A stretch of DNA of 64,000 bases from an uncultured Alphaproteobacteria bacterium (GCA_964462535.1 CAYWXV010000001.1:354175-418174), one strand, 5' to 3'. Numbered from the stretch's first letter, positions 1-9,582 are shown. Made by a program: numbers and translations. The notes: generated by a model not told the origin, from the sequence alone.

Positions 1-301
1 GTCGACGACTGTACCCGACCCCGCGTGCGCCCTCATCATCCTGTATTCCAGGGCTGCGGCCGCGGCCGCTCCGTCGTTACACGGTGCGTGATAGAAGCAG
101 ATAATGGATGTTCGATCGGACACGCTGCGGTTTGAGTAAGTGAATTGTTTCCAGGTTCGCGTGCTTCAGCACCCCCGACGGACTCGCACTTGCGGCCGGC
201 ACACACCCCGCCGCGCACGCCGAGTTTCGTTAGGTTTCCTTCTCCATTTGCCCCATATTGCCCTCCGCTACGCCCTCTGACAGACTGCTGGTCCGTGGTC
301 C

Positions 302-1024
302 ATGGTTGAGGTTCTCGAGAATCCACGATCGTCCCCTCTACTCTCTCGGCTCGTTGACGCGACCGCGGTTATCGTCGATGTTCTCCGCGCTTCCACCACG
401 GTGGTAGCAGCCCTGGAGGCAGGAGCCCGTGCAATCATTCCTGTCGGTTCTGGCGAGGAGGCACTCTCCCGCCGCTCCACACTTCCGGCGTCACTGGCAG
501 GCGGGGAGCGTGGTGGCGTCCGGTTGACGGGGTTCGATCTCGGGAACTCGCCGTTGGAATATACACCGGCTTCCGTCCGAGACAGAACGATCTTCATGAC
601 AACCTCGAACGGTGTCCCGCTTTATCAGAAGCTTTACTCAGCTCGGACAGTCTGTTGGGGTTGCGTGCGCAACGCGGGAGAAGTCGCCCGGCACATCCTC
701 AACGAAGGTCGCCCGGCAGTTATCGGGTGTGCCGGCACCGGCGATGCCCTCGCTCTGGAGGATATCATCGGGGCCGGAGCGATCGTGCACGAGCTTGCCC
801 TCATCTCCGACCAGTCGAGTCTACCGCTAAATGACGCTGCGCAGGTTGCATTGGCTTTGTTTACTGCAGCGCGCGACGACTTGCACAATGCCCTGTTGAA
901 GGGCACGCACGCACAGGCACTTGTACGCCTTGGATTCGCAGACGATGTCGCATACGCCTCGAACCTCAACGCCAGCTCCGGAATTCTCCCGATAGTACGT
1001 GATGGAGTCGTCACGTTGTTGTGA
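302..1024 (+). CDS. 2-phosphosulfolactate phosphatase family protein (ComB-like)
   Basis: 240 aa. N-terminal motif VIVDVLRASTTVVAALEAGARAIIPV matches the ComB family signature (DV[IL]RA[ST]T..V.AL..GA..I.PV). Confidence 0.6.
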   Translation: MVEVLENPRSSPLLSRLVDATAVIVDVLRASTTVVAALEAGARAIIPVGSGEEALSRRSTLPASLAGGERGGVRLTGFDLGNSPLEYTPASVRDRTIFMTTSNGVPLYQKLYSARTVCWGCVRNAGEVARHILNEGRPAVIGCAGTGDALALEDIIGAGAIVHELALISDQSSLPLNDAAQVALALFTAARDDLHNALLKGTHAQALVRLGFADDVAYASNLNASSGILPIVRDGVVTLL

Positions 1025-3810
1025 TCGGTGACCAGGTCCAAACTCCCCTACCGTCCAGAATCATGGCAGAACAACACGCACCCGAGATCACCTTTATTCG
1101 GAATAGACCGGCATCCAGAAAAGGGGCCGGCGACGAACCGTCTCAATCGGCCCGAAAGCGAAAGCCCTCGAAAGCATCCAAGGGTGAGTCGGCCAGCGCC
1201 GGCGGTCACAATACGAGGGAGCCGCGTGTTACGCCTGATGAGCGCCTGCGGCACGTACTCGCCATTGCCCTTATCGTCTCCGGCTTTCTCGTCCTTCTGT
1301 CAATCGTAAGCTATACTCCTCTCGATCAGGCCAACGCGGACCTCCGAATCTCGGACGTCAGCGGCTTGATGACGAATGATCCGGCTGTAATCGCCCGTGC
1401 GGACACCACCAATAACTGGCTCGGACTCGTTGGTGCTCTCGTTGCAAATTTCCTGATCAATGGCACGATTGGCTACTGGGTCATTATCATCCCCCTCCTG
1501 TTGGGACTCTGGGGGGTCACAACCTACCGGGCCAAGGAAGTTGAGCGGTCGACTCGGCTAACGCTATTCACGATTGGGATCACGGCAAACGTTGCCGCAA
1601 TTCTGGGGACGATGCAGCTCATCACGTGGCTCCCCGCGCCGTCGCACGAGTGGAGTGGTGCCATCGGCGCCTTCATTGCATACGTGCTGTCCGGGCTGAT
1701 TGGGACCGCCGGCTCGATGCTCGTGCTCCTTTCCGCGCTTGGAATAACACTGCTTTACGCCGTGGACCTCGACCTGAAGGACATTGTGGCGTTTGTGCGG
1801 AAGCACGGATCGGAACTGGCGAGAGGGGCCGCAAGCGTACGCGCCCGGTTCGACCGTCCCGGGGACGAGGGTGGTAGGGTCGCTCCCGACGTCGCCGTTG
1901 AGCCTGCCGAGGCTGGTCTTTCGGTCGACGAACCAGCCCGCATGATTCGACGACGGAAAGGTGTCGACACGCCGTTCACTGCAGTTGAGCCTCAGATCCG
2001 AACCGTCGACGACCGGGAGTTGAGAACGTCACGGTCACCGCTCCCCGATCTTCAACAAGCGGCACCGCCGGCCGTCCAAAGGCCCCGCGAGACCACATCC
2101 GAAGTGCGGACAGGTGACACCTCCGCGCCGAACGTCCCGAATGAGGCCGTTCGGTTGCGTGCACCTGAGGCCGTCGAGCAGGATACGTCCAACGTGGAAG
2201 TCGTGCGTGGCGAGGATCCGACACCCACCCCACCACCTGCAGCGCGCCTGACACTGAACGTGCAGGAGGGCGAGACGGAAGCAGACGTGGAATCGACGAA
2301 GGGTGACGCCCTCCTCTCGAGGATCAAGGACGAAGAGATCAAGTACGTGCCGCCGCCGGTACTACTCCTAACGCCGCAGAACGAGCACGAGGAAGTGCGG
2401 GATGAGGAACTGAAGGAGAATGGAAGAATTCTTCAGGAAAAGTTGGGAACGTTCAACATCCAGATCGAGAATCTCACGGTGACGCCCGGACCCGTTGTGA
2501 CTCTGTACGAGTTTGTGCCGGCAGCCGGGATCAAGATTTCACAGATCGAATCGCTCACGGACGACATTGCGCTCGCGATGAAGGCCCGAGGTATCCGTAT
2601 CATCGCCCCGATCCCCGGCAAAGGGACCGTTGGTGTTGAGATCCCAAACCATCGTCCGACGATGGTCCGCATTCGGTCGGTGTTGAACACTACAAAGTTC
2701 CGAGAGGCAGACCTCCGGCTCCCGCTCGCGCTGGGAAAGACAACTATAGGCGAGGTCTATTGCGACGACCTGACGAAGATGCCTCACCTGCTGATTGCAG
2801 GAGCAACCGGGTCAGGGAAGTCTGTCGGGATCAACGCGATACTGGCATCCCTCATTTACAAGATGCATCCGCGTGACCTGAAGCTGGTTATTGTCGACCC
2901 GAAGAAGATTGAGCTTACGCAGTACCGGACGCTGGCGTCGCACTTCCTGGCGCAGTGCCCCGACATCGACGAGGACATCATCACAACGCCCCAGAACGCC
3001 GTGATGGCTCTCAAGTCGCTCGAGATGGAGATGGATCGACGATACGATATCCTTGCCAAGGGGCGGCAGCGGAACATCGCAGACTACAATCAGAAGATCG
3101 CCGAAGGAGCGTACGCGTCTGTAGCGGACTTCGATCACAGGAAGCTCCCCTACATCGTGCTGATTCTCGATGAGCTGGCTGACCTTATGATCACCGCACG
3201 TGGGGAGGTCGAAGAGCCAATTGCGCGTCTGGCGCAACTTGCACGCGCCGTTGGTATTCACATGGTCGTGGCAACGCAGCGGCCGTCTGTCGACGTGCTA
3301 ACGGGTACCATCAAGGCCAACTTCCCTGCCCGCATCGCCTACCAGGTCGCCTCCAAGATTGACTCGCGAACGATTCTCGATATGTCCGGGGCGGAGTACC
3401 TCCTTGGGAATGGTGATATGCTCTATCTGCCTGGCGGATCTCCCAAACCCATCCGACTGCAGAATGCGTTCATATCCACGGAAGAGGTTGAAGCGATCTG
3501 TGACCACGTTGGCGATCAGCAAGGTTTCACAACGCCCTACATGCTCCCGTCGATGCTGGACCGGCGTCGCGCTGGCAGCTCAGGGGGCGACGATTCCAGG
3601 GACGAACTGTTCGAGGATGCGGCGAAGCTGGTGGTGCGTCATCAGCAGGGATCCGTATCGCTCGTGCAGCGCCGGCTGAAGGTCGGCTACTCGCGAGCTG
3701 CGCGGATTATCGATGAGCTTGAGATGGCTGGAATCGTGGGACCGTTCGACGGATCGAAGGCCAGGCAGGTGTTGGTCGAGGACGAGGACGATCTGGATCT
3801 CTACCTCTGA
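1021..3810 (+). CDS. ftsK: DNA translocase FtsK/SpoIIIE
   Basis: 929 aa. N-terminal TM helices, a Pro/Glu-rich linker, Walker A GATGSGKSVGINAILASL, Walker B LILDELADLM, and a C-terminal winged-helix gamma domain (RRLKVGYSRAARIIDELEMAGIVGP). A GTG start at 1021 overlaps the comB stop; an alternative ATG lies at 1063. Confidence 0.9.
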   Translation: MIGDQVQTPLPSRIMAEQHAPEITFIRNRPASRKGAGDEPSQSARKRKPSKASKGESASAGGHNTREPRVTPDERLRHVLAIALIVSGFLVLLSIVSYTPLDQANADLRISDVSGLMTNDPAVIARADTTNNWLGLVGALVANFLINGTIGYWVIIIPLLLGLWGVTTYRAKEVERSTRLTLFTIGITANVAAILGTMQLITWLPAPSHEWSGAIGAFIAYVLSGLIGTAGSMLVLLSALGITLLYAVDLDLKDIVAFVRKHGSELARGAASVRARFDRPGDEGGRVAPDVAVEPAEAGLSVDEPARMIRRRKGVDTPFTAVEPQIRTVDDRELRTSRSPLPDLQQAAPPAVQRPRETTSEVRTGDTSAPNVPNEAVRLRAPEAVEQDTSNVEVVRGEDPTPTPPPAARLTLNVQEGETEADVESTKGDALLSRIKDEEIKYVPPPVLLLTPQNEHEEVRDEELKENGRILQEKLGTFNIQIENLTVTPGPVVTLYEFVPAAGIKISQIESLTDDIALAMKARGIRIIAPIPGKGTVGVEIPNHRPTMVRIRSVLNTTKFREADLRLPLALGKTTIGEVYCDDLTKMPHLLIAGATGSGKSVGINAILASLIYKMHPRDLKLVIVDPKKIELTQYRTLASHFLAQCPDIDEDIITTPQNAVMALKSLEMEMDRRYDILAKGRQRNIADYNQKIAEGAYASVADFDHRKLPYIVLILDELADLMITARGEVEEPIARLAQLARAVGIHMVVATQRPSVDVLTGTIKANFPARIAYQVASKIDSRTILDMSGAEYLLGNGDMLYLPGGSPKPIRLQNAFISTEEVEAICDHVGDQQGFTTPYMLPSMLDRRRAGSSGGDDSRDELFEDAAKLVVRHQQGSVSLVQRRLKVGYSRAARIIDELEMAGIVGPFDGSKARQVLVEDEDDLDLYL

Positions 3811-4520
3811 TCATCGTCGAGCAGAACCAGACGATCACCGGTCGTCTGTTCTGGCTTCCGCCCGCGAACCTCGCGAATGACGACGTCCGGCCGGTCGACA
3901 CGCGCACGATGGGGCATCGGTGCGCCTCGATGGTCACCGTCGTAGTAGTGAAGCGTTCGACCTCTAGTTGTCTGAATCATCAGGAGGGGCCCACGCCCCT
4001 CATCTTGCACGAACACCACCTCCCCCTTTCCCATTTCGCCTCGCTCCCCTGGGCTGAGCTGCGATAACACCAGTTCGAACGATGCAGTCGCAACAAGATG
4101 GTGACAGCATCGCGAAATGAATTCAACACCCGATGGCGCGCCCTGGTCCGACGGCATCATGATGGATATTGGAGTCTTTCGTCCGAGTACGCGTGAGTAG
4201 TTGACGAACGCACAGACACCCCTGGCGTACGAAACCGAGGCCGAGGTCAGGATGATCCCCCGGATTCCGAGGAGTCGTTTCAGTTTTGACTCCTGATACA
4301 ACGCCGACAACATATGTGAGGTCGGATTGATCAGAACGACAGCACCTTCGTACGCAACGAGTGTCCCGATGGTCGTCACGTCGTCCATCAGGAAGACTTC
4401 GGCGAGATGGCGCTTATCGAACCAGACTCTTTTCGTGAACATGTACCGGGCGATGAGAGAGATTGGATGTTCGCGGCTATCGACTATATCCGGTGCGGAC
4501 ACGATTCGGGGTGCTCGCAT
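3801..4520 (-). CDS. hypothetical protein (alpha/beta-like; possibly a degenerate MBL-fold relative)
   Basis: 239 aa ORF with non-repetitive, protein-like composition. Co-directional with and downstream of fur. No confident family match by eye. Confidence 0.4.
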   Translation of the reverse strand: MRAPRIVSAPDIVDSREHPISLIARYMFTKRVWFDKRHLAEVFLMDDVTTIGTLVAYEGAVVLINPTSHMLSALYQESKLKRLLGIRGIILTSASVSYARGVCAFVNYSRVLGRKTPISIMMPSDQGAPSGVEFISRCCHHLVATASFELVLSQLSPGERGEMGKGEVVFVQDEGRGPLLMIQTTRGRTLHYYDGDHRGAPMPHRARVDRPDVVIREVRGRKPEQTTGDRLVLLDDDQR

Positions 4521-5065
4521 TCGGCAAAGATCTGGAACGAATGATCCACAACTTTCAAGCCGGCCTTCTCGGCGACCTGTTTACGAATGCTGAGAAGCTG
4601 CGGATGAACGAACTCAGAGATGTGCCCGCAGATGACACAGATCAGGTGATCGTGATGCGGCTCATCAAAGCCGACTTCGTAGTAGCTCCGACCACTCCGG
4701 AAGTTGTGCTTGATGATCAAACCAGCCTTCTCCAACAGCTCCAACGTCGAGTAGACAGTGGCACGGCTGATCGACTGCTTGTCGACCACCATGGACGCAT
4801 AGAGCTCATCCGCATTGAAGTGACCAACACGATTCAGGACCGCGTCGAGAATCTTGTACCGCTCTGGCGTTGAGCGATAGTGCCCGTTTGCCAGAAATCG
4901 TTGAAAGGTCTTGAGCGCCTGCTGCTTCAACTCGTCACTAAGCACGCGATCCGATTCCAACAGAGCTTTCGACTCCAACTCGTCGACCGGGACTGAATTT
5001 TCCCTGTGGTCGGTCTGAGTTGTCTCGCGACGGACTGTGGTTCGCTGGGTACCTGCCTGTTTCAT
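4484..5065 (-). CDS. fur: Fur family transcriptional regulator
   Basis: C-terminal HHDHLICVICG...CEHPESCPH metal-site motifs and a winged-helix region (ERYKILDAVL). Carries a ~45 aa N-terminal extension, so the true start may lie further in. Confidence 0.85.
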   Translation of the reverse strand: MKQAGTQRTTVRRETTQTDHRENSVPVDELESKALLESDRVLSDELKQQALKTFQRFLANGHYRSTPERYKILDAVLNRVGHFNADELYASMVVDKQSISRATVYSTLELLEKAGLIIKHNFRSGRSYYEVGFDEPHHDHLICVICGHISEFVHPQLLSIRKQVAEKAGLKVVDHSFQIFAECEHPESCPHRI

Positions 5066-5086
5066 CCTTTCTTCCTTACGTAGGCA

Positions 5087-7462
5087 TCACGAACGGATGT
5101 GTGCGTGGGCCGAACCTGGTGGCATGGATGTGAGGCCCTCGGCAACCTGCTCGGGGGCGGCATCCCCAATGACGAGCGCAACTTCGCGACGCCTGCGAAC
5201 AATGGCAAAAGCAAATCCACCGACCATGATAATCACGCCGGCCCAGACGAAGGAGATGAACGGTTTGACCGACACGTCGACTACGACAACGGGTTTTGAG
5301 GGGGGTGATGGCCGCGAAGACGACTTGAATGCAAGCACAACCTGCGAGTTCGCGAGGTTCTCTTGATCGCTGACGATCCCGGCCATGCCGACCGAAACAT
5401 CGGTCCCCGCAATCTTTTTCGGAATATAGGCGCCTGTCGACATCACATATTCCGTGGTTACGAAGAACGAGGTATCGGGCCGCGTAATCTCCAGAATCGC
5501 ACTCTGTTTCCCCTCGGTCTGGGCTCGACTCATGTCGAAGCGCTCGAAGCGAACCGAGATTGTTGAGTCAAACGGAACAGCAGCCCGTTCGCCCTTGCGC
5601 AGCTGTGCAGTTGGGTCACCACCATCGTCTTCAAGAGCCTTCGGGGAAACGTAAATGTCTCTGGATGGGTAGTAGAGAATACCCGGCTCCAGGAAGGGCG
5701 TCTCGCGCTTGTTGAAGTCACTTAGAAAAGTGACGGGACCGACGGTGTACGTGTCGTCGCCCCGCTTCAGCACAATGTTGTGCCGGTACTTCTCACGATC
5801 GGTCTTCTCGAGTTCGGTCCTTTCGGGACCGGTATACGTTGCCGTATAGTCGAACACTTTGGTGGGGACACCCTGGACCAATCGAACGTGCTGTGTTTCG
5901 GTATACCGTGCTGTGAATATGATGCCGAGCATCATGAGCGAGACGCCGGCGTGCGAAATGTATGCACCGATGAATCGAGGGTTCCCTCGGACAACGCGAG
6001 CGCCAACTTGCGTGTTGACAACGATGGCCAGAATGGACCCGAAGCCCAACGCAAGGTAGATGGGATCCGCAACTCCAAGGGCGAACAATCCGATCGTCCC
6101 GAGCAACGCGATACCCCCAGCGATCCACATTCCCTTCGCGAATTCCTCCCTCTCCGTGTTCCTCCACTTCAAACGCATGCTGATGCCATTCAGAAGGACG
6201 ATGGCGAGCGCAATGGGTAGATGAAGGTTGTTATAGAAATCGGTGGGTACAGCAGCCTTTGGCTTACCTATGAGCGGCATGATTAGCGGCCACGAGGTTC
6301 CAATCAGCACGACCGTTGAGGACGCAAGCAGCACCGCCGATCCAATCGCCAACGCGTTCTCGCGTGACAATAGTGGGAAGCGAATTGGGGCCTGTTGAAG
6401 CTCCTTCCAACGCATCAGCAGCAGGCCGAAGCCCAGGCCCAGAAACGTGAGGAGAATCACCAGCAACACGAAGTAGACGAAACCACCCGGTGATACGAAG
6501 CTATGCACAGAGGTATCGCCTAGGACACCGGAGCGCGTCAGGAAGGTCGAGTACAGGATCAAGCCCCATGCGGCAACGGCCAGCGCAAAATTTGTCCGCA
6601 CCAGACCACCCACGCGCATCTGGTCGCCAGGCTTCCTCGGAATGGCCCCGGTCCGCTTCTGTACAAGCATTGTGTGAACAAGCGCGACGCATGCAAGCCA
6701 CGGTATCAGGCTCGAGTTTTCGACGGGATCCCACGCCCAGAATCCTCCCCATCCAAGCGTCTCGTAGGCCCACCATCCACCCAGCATGATTCCAAAACCG
6801 AGCGCCATCGACGCAAAGAGCGCCCATGGCAACGATATCGTGATCCATCGTTGGTAATCGCGTTTCAGTAGCCCTGCAACAGCGAAGACAAACGGGACCG
6901 TCATAGATGCGAAGCCGAGGAAGAGTATTGGGGGGTGAATCGTAATCCAGAGGTTTTCCAGCTGTGGATTCAGGCCTCTTGGGGTCGGAATGAAGTCAGC
7001 GGGGATCTTCTCGTCGGGGAACGACTGAAAGATCGTGTGAAACGGAGACTTCACCGTCAGGATGACGAGCAGGAGCGAAATCACAAGCATGAGGGGGATC
7101 ATGGTGTGTGTCTCGTACCCAACTCGCTGCGAGTAACTGTAGACGAAGATCCCGATGATGCAGGTCATCAGCGTCCAGAGCATGAAACTTCCCTCCTGCC
7201 CTGCATAGAAAGAGGCTATCTGGAGCGGGCGCGAAAGGTTGCCAGAGGAATGCTGGTAGATGTACGTGAACTGATACTGGTGCGACAGAATCAAATACAT
7301 CAGGTACGCCGAAGCGCCCAGGAACGTGACGACCGAGAGGTGGAAGCAGGTTCGCGCTACCTGAAGGTCGCGGTGATCCTGTCGTCGCAGCGTCAGTACA
7401 TACGCCACCAACGAAGCAAGCGCGGATGCCAGTGACGCGGAAATCGCGAATGATCCAAACAT
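5087..7462 (-). CDS. ccmF: cytochrome c-type biogenesis protein CcmF (heme lyase)
   Basis: 791 aa polytopic membrane protein. WWD domain WWAYETLGWGGFWAWDPVENSSLIPWL. The N-terminus follows the CcmF pattern (...QHSSGNLSRPLQIASFYAGQEGSFMLWTL). Confidence 0.85.
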   Translation of the reverse strand: MFGSFAISASLASALASLVAYVLTLRRQDHRDLQVARTCFHLSVVTFLGASAYLMYLILSHQYQFTYIYQHSSGNLSRPLQIASFYAGQEGSFMLWTLMTCIIGIFVYSYSQRVGYETHTMIPLMLVISLLLVILTVKSPFHTIFQSFPDEKIPADFIPTPRGLNPQLENLWITIHPPILFLGFASMTVPFVFAVAGLLKRDYQRWITISLPWALFASMALGFGIMLGGWWAYETLGWGGFWAWDPVENSSLIPWLACVALVHTMLVQKRTGAIPRKPGDQMRVGGLVRTNFALAVAAWGLILYSTFLTRSGVLGDTSVHSFVSPGGFVYFVLLVILLTFLGLGFGLLLMRWKELQQAPIRFPLLSRENALAIGSAVLLASSTVVLIGTSWPLIMPLIGKPKAAVPTDFYNNLHLPIALAIVLLNGISMRLKWRNTEREEFAKGMWIAGGIALLGTIGLFALGVADPIYLALGFGSILAIVVNTQVGARVVRGNPRFIGAYISHAGVSLMMLGIIFTARYTETQHVRLVQGVPTKVFDYTATYTGPERTELEKTDREKYRHNIVLKRGDDTYTVGPVTFLSDFNKRETPFLEPGILYYPSRDIYVSPKALEDDGGDPTAQLRKGERAAVPFDSTISVRFERFDMSRAQTEGKQSAILEITRPDTSFFVTTEYVMSTGAYIPKKIAGTDVSVGMAGIVSDQENLANSQVVLAFKSSSRPSPPSKPVVVVDVSVKPFISFVWAGVIIMVGGFAFAIVRRRREVALVIGDAAPEQVAEGLTSMPPGSAHAHIRS

Positions 7463-7482
7463 GCTCTTCTTCCTGTCCCGAA

Positions 7483-7845
7483 CTAGTGAATGGTCATGCC
7501 TGTGGCGTGAAAGTAGTCTCCGTGCGAATGCCCCGATACCGAGACGGACACCTTCCCCTTGTACGCATTCTTGATGTCGGCCACCGACACCGGATCCTGT
7601 CCAGCATACTGGACCCTCGATGCCGTCCCCCCTGCATCCTTCATTGTAAACACGAGATCGCCATCCGCGTCCTCGACCTGATCAGAGGCAATCGTGCCGA
7701 CGACGATCACCTTCTTCTTCGAGTCGTTTACGGAAGCGGCCTGGCTGAATGTGAGCTCCGGAATGTCGACCGTGGCCAATCCATACCACGTCGTCAGGCC
7801 CGCAATGAGCACGAACGCCACGATGAACACGCTTCTTCTTGTCAT
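7483..7845 (-). CDS. CcmE-like heme chaperone paralog (His-type, truncated immediately after the His)
   Basis: OB-fold core (VIVVGTIASDQVEDADGDLVFTMKDAGGTASRVQYAGQDP) aligns with CcmE. The C-terminus reads GHSHGDYFHATGMTIH-stop, so the protein ends at the position of the heme-binding His and has no downstream Tyr. Start taken at Met21 (7845) of the ORF to avoid overlap with the upstream paralog. Confidence 0.55.
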   Translation of the reverse strand: MTRRSVFIVAFVLIAGLTTWYGLATVDIPELTFSQAASVNDSKKKVIVVGTIASDQVEDADGDLVFTMKDAGGTASRVQYAGQDPVSVADIKNAYKGKVSVSVSGHSHGDYFHATGMTIH

Positions 7846-7861
7846 TACATTCCCGGTAGTG

Positions 7862-8257
7862 TCAGCTTCCACTCTGCTTCTCAAATCCGGACGCATCCGA
7901 CTCATACTTCGACGGGCACTTCGTCAGAATGCTGGAGCAATGGAATGTGTTGTTCTCGACATATCCCGTCGCAACCATTGAGGTCGCCAATTCAAAGTTG
8001 TTTGGCTTGGCACCATCGTACTGCACCTGCATTGTACCACCCTTGTCGTCCCGCATGGTGAACTGGAAGAGGTTGTTCTGTGAATCGTACTGAGTCCCCT
8101 TGTTCTTGACCCAGGTCCCTGCAATCTGGACTTTGCGACCAGTCGATGCTGCGGATACGAAATCGGAGTATTCGATCTTCTTGTTCTCTAGCGTCAACAC
8201 CGTCGTGACCACAACGAGCATTGCCGCCAGCATTCCTATTACATACTTCATTCGCAT
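7862..8257 (-). CDS. ccmE: cytochrome c maturation heme chaperone CcmE, CXXXY variant
   Basis: 131 aa. N-terminal TM anchor and OB-fold core. C-terminal motif LTKCPSKYE (C-P-S-K-Y) sits where E. coli has LAKHDENY, i.e. the Cys-type CcmE described for archaea and Desulfovibrio. Confidence 0.85.
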   Translation of the reverse strand: MRMKYVIGMLAAMLVVVTTVLTLENKKIEYSDFVSAASTGRKVQIAGTWVKNKGTQYDSQNNLFQFTMRDDKGGTMQVQYDGAKPNNFELATSMVATGYVENNTFHCSSILTKCPSKYESDASGFEKQSGS

Positions 8258-8278
8258 TGTTGTTCTCCTCGTGCTGAA

Positions 8279-8443
8279 CTACCGTACTGAATCGTGACCA
8301 TTCGCTTGCACCACACGTGCCAGACTCGATTCCATCTTGCGAAGCCTTGCGTCAAGGCGGAGCAGATAGAACAGGACCCCCAGCATTACGATCAATGCCA
8401 CGACCAGCGCGGCGAACATTGAGTGATCTATGAAGAACTGCAT
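8279..8443 (-). CDS. ccmD: heme exporter protein CcmD (small membrane protein)
   Basis: Not in the ORF track (54 aa). Hand translation gives MQFFIDHSMFAALVVALIVMLGVLFYLLRLDARLRKMESSLARVVQANGHDSVR: one TM helix followed by a basic tail, located between ccmC and ccmE as in canonical ccm operons. Confidence 0.5.
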   Translation of the reverse strand: MQFFIDHSMFAALVVALIVMLGVLFYLLRLDARLRKMESSLARVVQANGHDSVR

Positions 8444-8448
8444 CGCTG

Positions 8449-9576
8449 CTATACCTCATTCCGAATTGTTGAGTGTTCAATATCCTGCAGCTGTGGCGCT
8501 GAGGTCTCTCGATCCGCCTCTTCTCCGGCAATCACTCGTCGCGCAAGACGATGATTCGCAATGGCCATTCGGACCGATACATTCACCGTCCAGAAGAAGA
8601 GGAGCGAAATGCTGAGCATCGAGAGCCCAAAGAGAATCTGCTTTACTGGATTGAGGGCGTCGGTATCGCTCGAGAGCACGGGACCACTATCTCCGCTCCC
8701 CATCGATCCCGGATGCAAACCGGCCTCGGTTCTTGGAAAGATGAAGATGAAGTATACCACGGGTAGGGCCAGAAGAAGGAGATAGACGGCCGACAGCCGT
8801 TTGCGGAGTTCTTCATCGCTCAACGCCGAGCGGAGGGCGAAATAGGCAGCGAAGATCACAAGGGTCGCAAAGATCGACACCTGGCGCGGATCGAAACTCC
8901 AGAATTCACCCCATTGCAAACGGGCCCAGAATGAACCCGAGACGGTCGCCAGGACACAGAAGAGAAGCCCGGCGGCGGCAGTCCCGGCCGCCTTCAGATC
9001 GTCCTCGGCGTCCTTCTTCCTGAGGTAGCGCATGCCAAAGAACGCAGCCACAAACCATGCTAGCGTCGCCACCCATGCGGCCGGAACGTGGAAATAGAGA
9101 TTCCGGGCCGTCTCCTCCAGTTGAGCGTTCAACGGAATCGTTGCAAACGGATTGACGTCTGACACGCGGCGCGCGTGGAAGTACCCATCGTCTTCGACGA
9201 ATCGGGAAACAAGAATGACCACGTCGCCAACGCGAAAGGGGAATCGCCCAGCCTCAAAGATCTCCCCCTCTGGTACCACCTCGTCCGTCTCCCCTCTCGA
9301 GTCCTTCAACAGGATCGTCGGCCTGGTGGAGGTCGGTAGCTCAACGACCGTCCCCTTGATCGACATCTCCGCGGTCGCCCCCCTATTCTTGGCCACTCTC
9401 TTTGCTGCGCCAAAATCGCCACCTGTTGGAATCGTAAAGACGAGGACGACGAGTGCAACATTGAGGAACACCGTCATCCATCGCCACCACGATGGATTCG
9501 GTCGCGAGAGTCCACCGGGCCAGAGCCCCAACACAACCCCCAGAATCGTGCCACCGGCGATGATTAGCGCCTTCAT
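8449..9576 (-). CDS. ccmC: heme exporter protein CcmC with N-terminal CcmE-like OB-domain extension
   Basis: The C-terminal ~225 aa carry CcmC hallmarks (YFHVPAAW; WWD motif LQWGEFWSFDPRQ). The N-terminal ~150 aa add two TM helices and a soluble domain (MSIKGTVVEL...RVGDVVILVSRFVEDDGYFHARRV) that resembles the CcmE OB core but has no His/Cys heme motif. Confidence 0.7.
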   Translation of the reverse strand: MKALIIAGGTILGVVLGLWPGGLSRPNPSWWRWMTVFLNVALVVLVFTIPTGGDFGAAKRVAKNRGATAEMSIKGTVVELPTSTRPTILLKDSRGETDEVVPEGEIFEAGRFPFRVGDVVILVSRFVEDDGYFHARRVSDVNPFATIPLNAQLEETARNLYFHVPAAWVATLAWFVAAFFGMRYLRKKDAEDDLKAAGTAAAGLLFCVLATVSGSFWARLQWGEFWSFDPRQVSIFATLVIFAAYFALRSALSDEELRKRLSAVYLLLLALPVVYFIFIFPRTEAGLHPGSMGSGDSGPVLSSDTDALNPVKQILFGLSMLSISLLFFWTVNVSVRMAIANHRLARRVIAGEEADRETSAPQLQDIEHSTIRNEV

Positions 9577-9582
9577 TTGGTA

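Noticed and set aside
1-6. GTCGAC (SalI site) at the first six bases, and again at 40477..40482
   Set aside because: Possibly marks a cloning boundary of the source clone, but single 6-mer sites are expected by chance. No biological inference drawn.
100-108. GATAATGGA, resembling a Fur-box half-site, upstream of comB
   Set aside because: Only a half-site with no dyad partner. Not near the fur or ccm genes.
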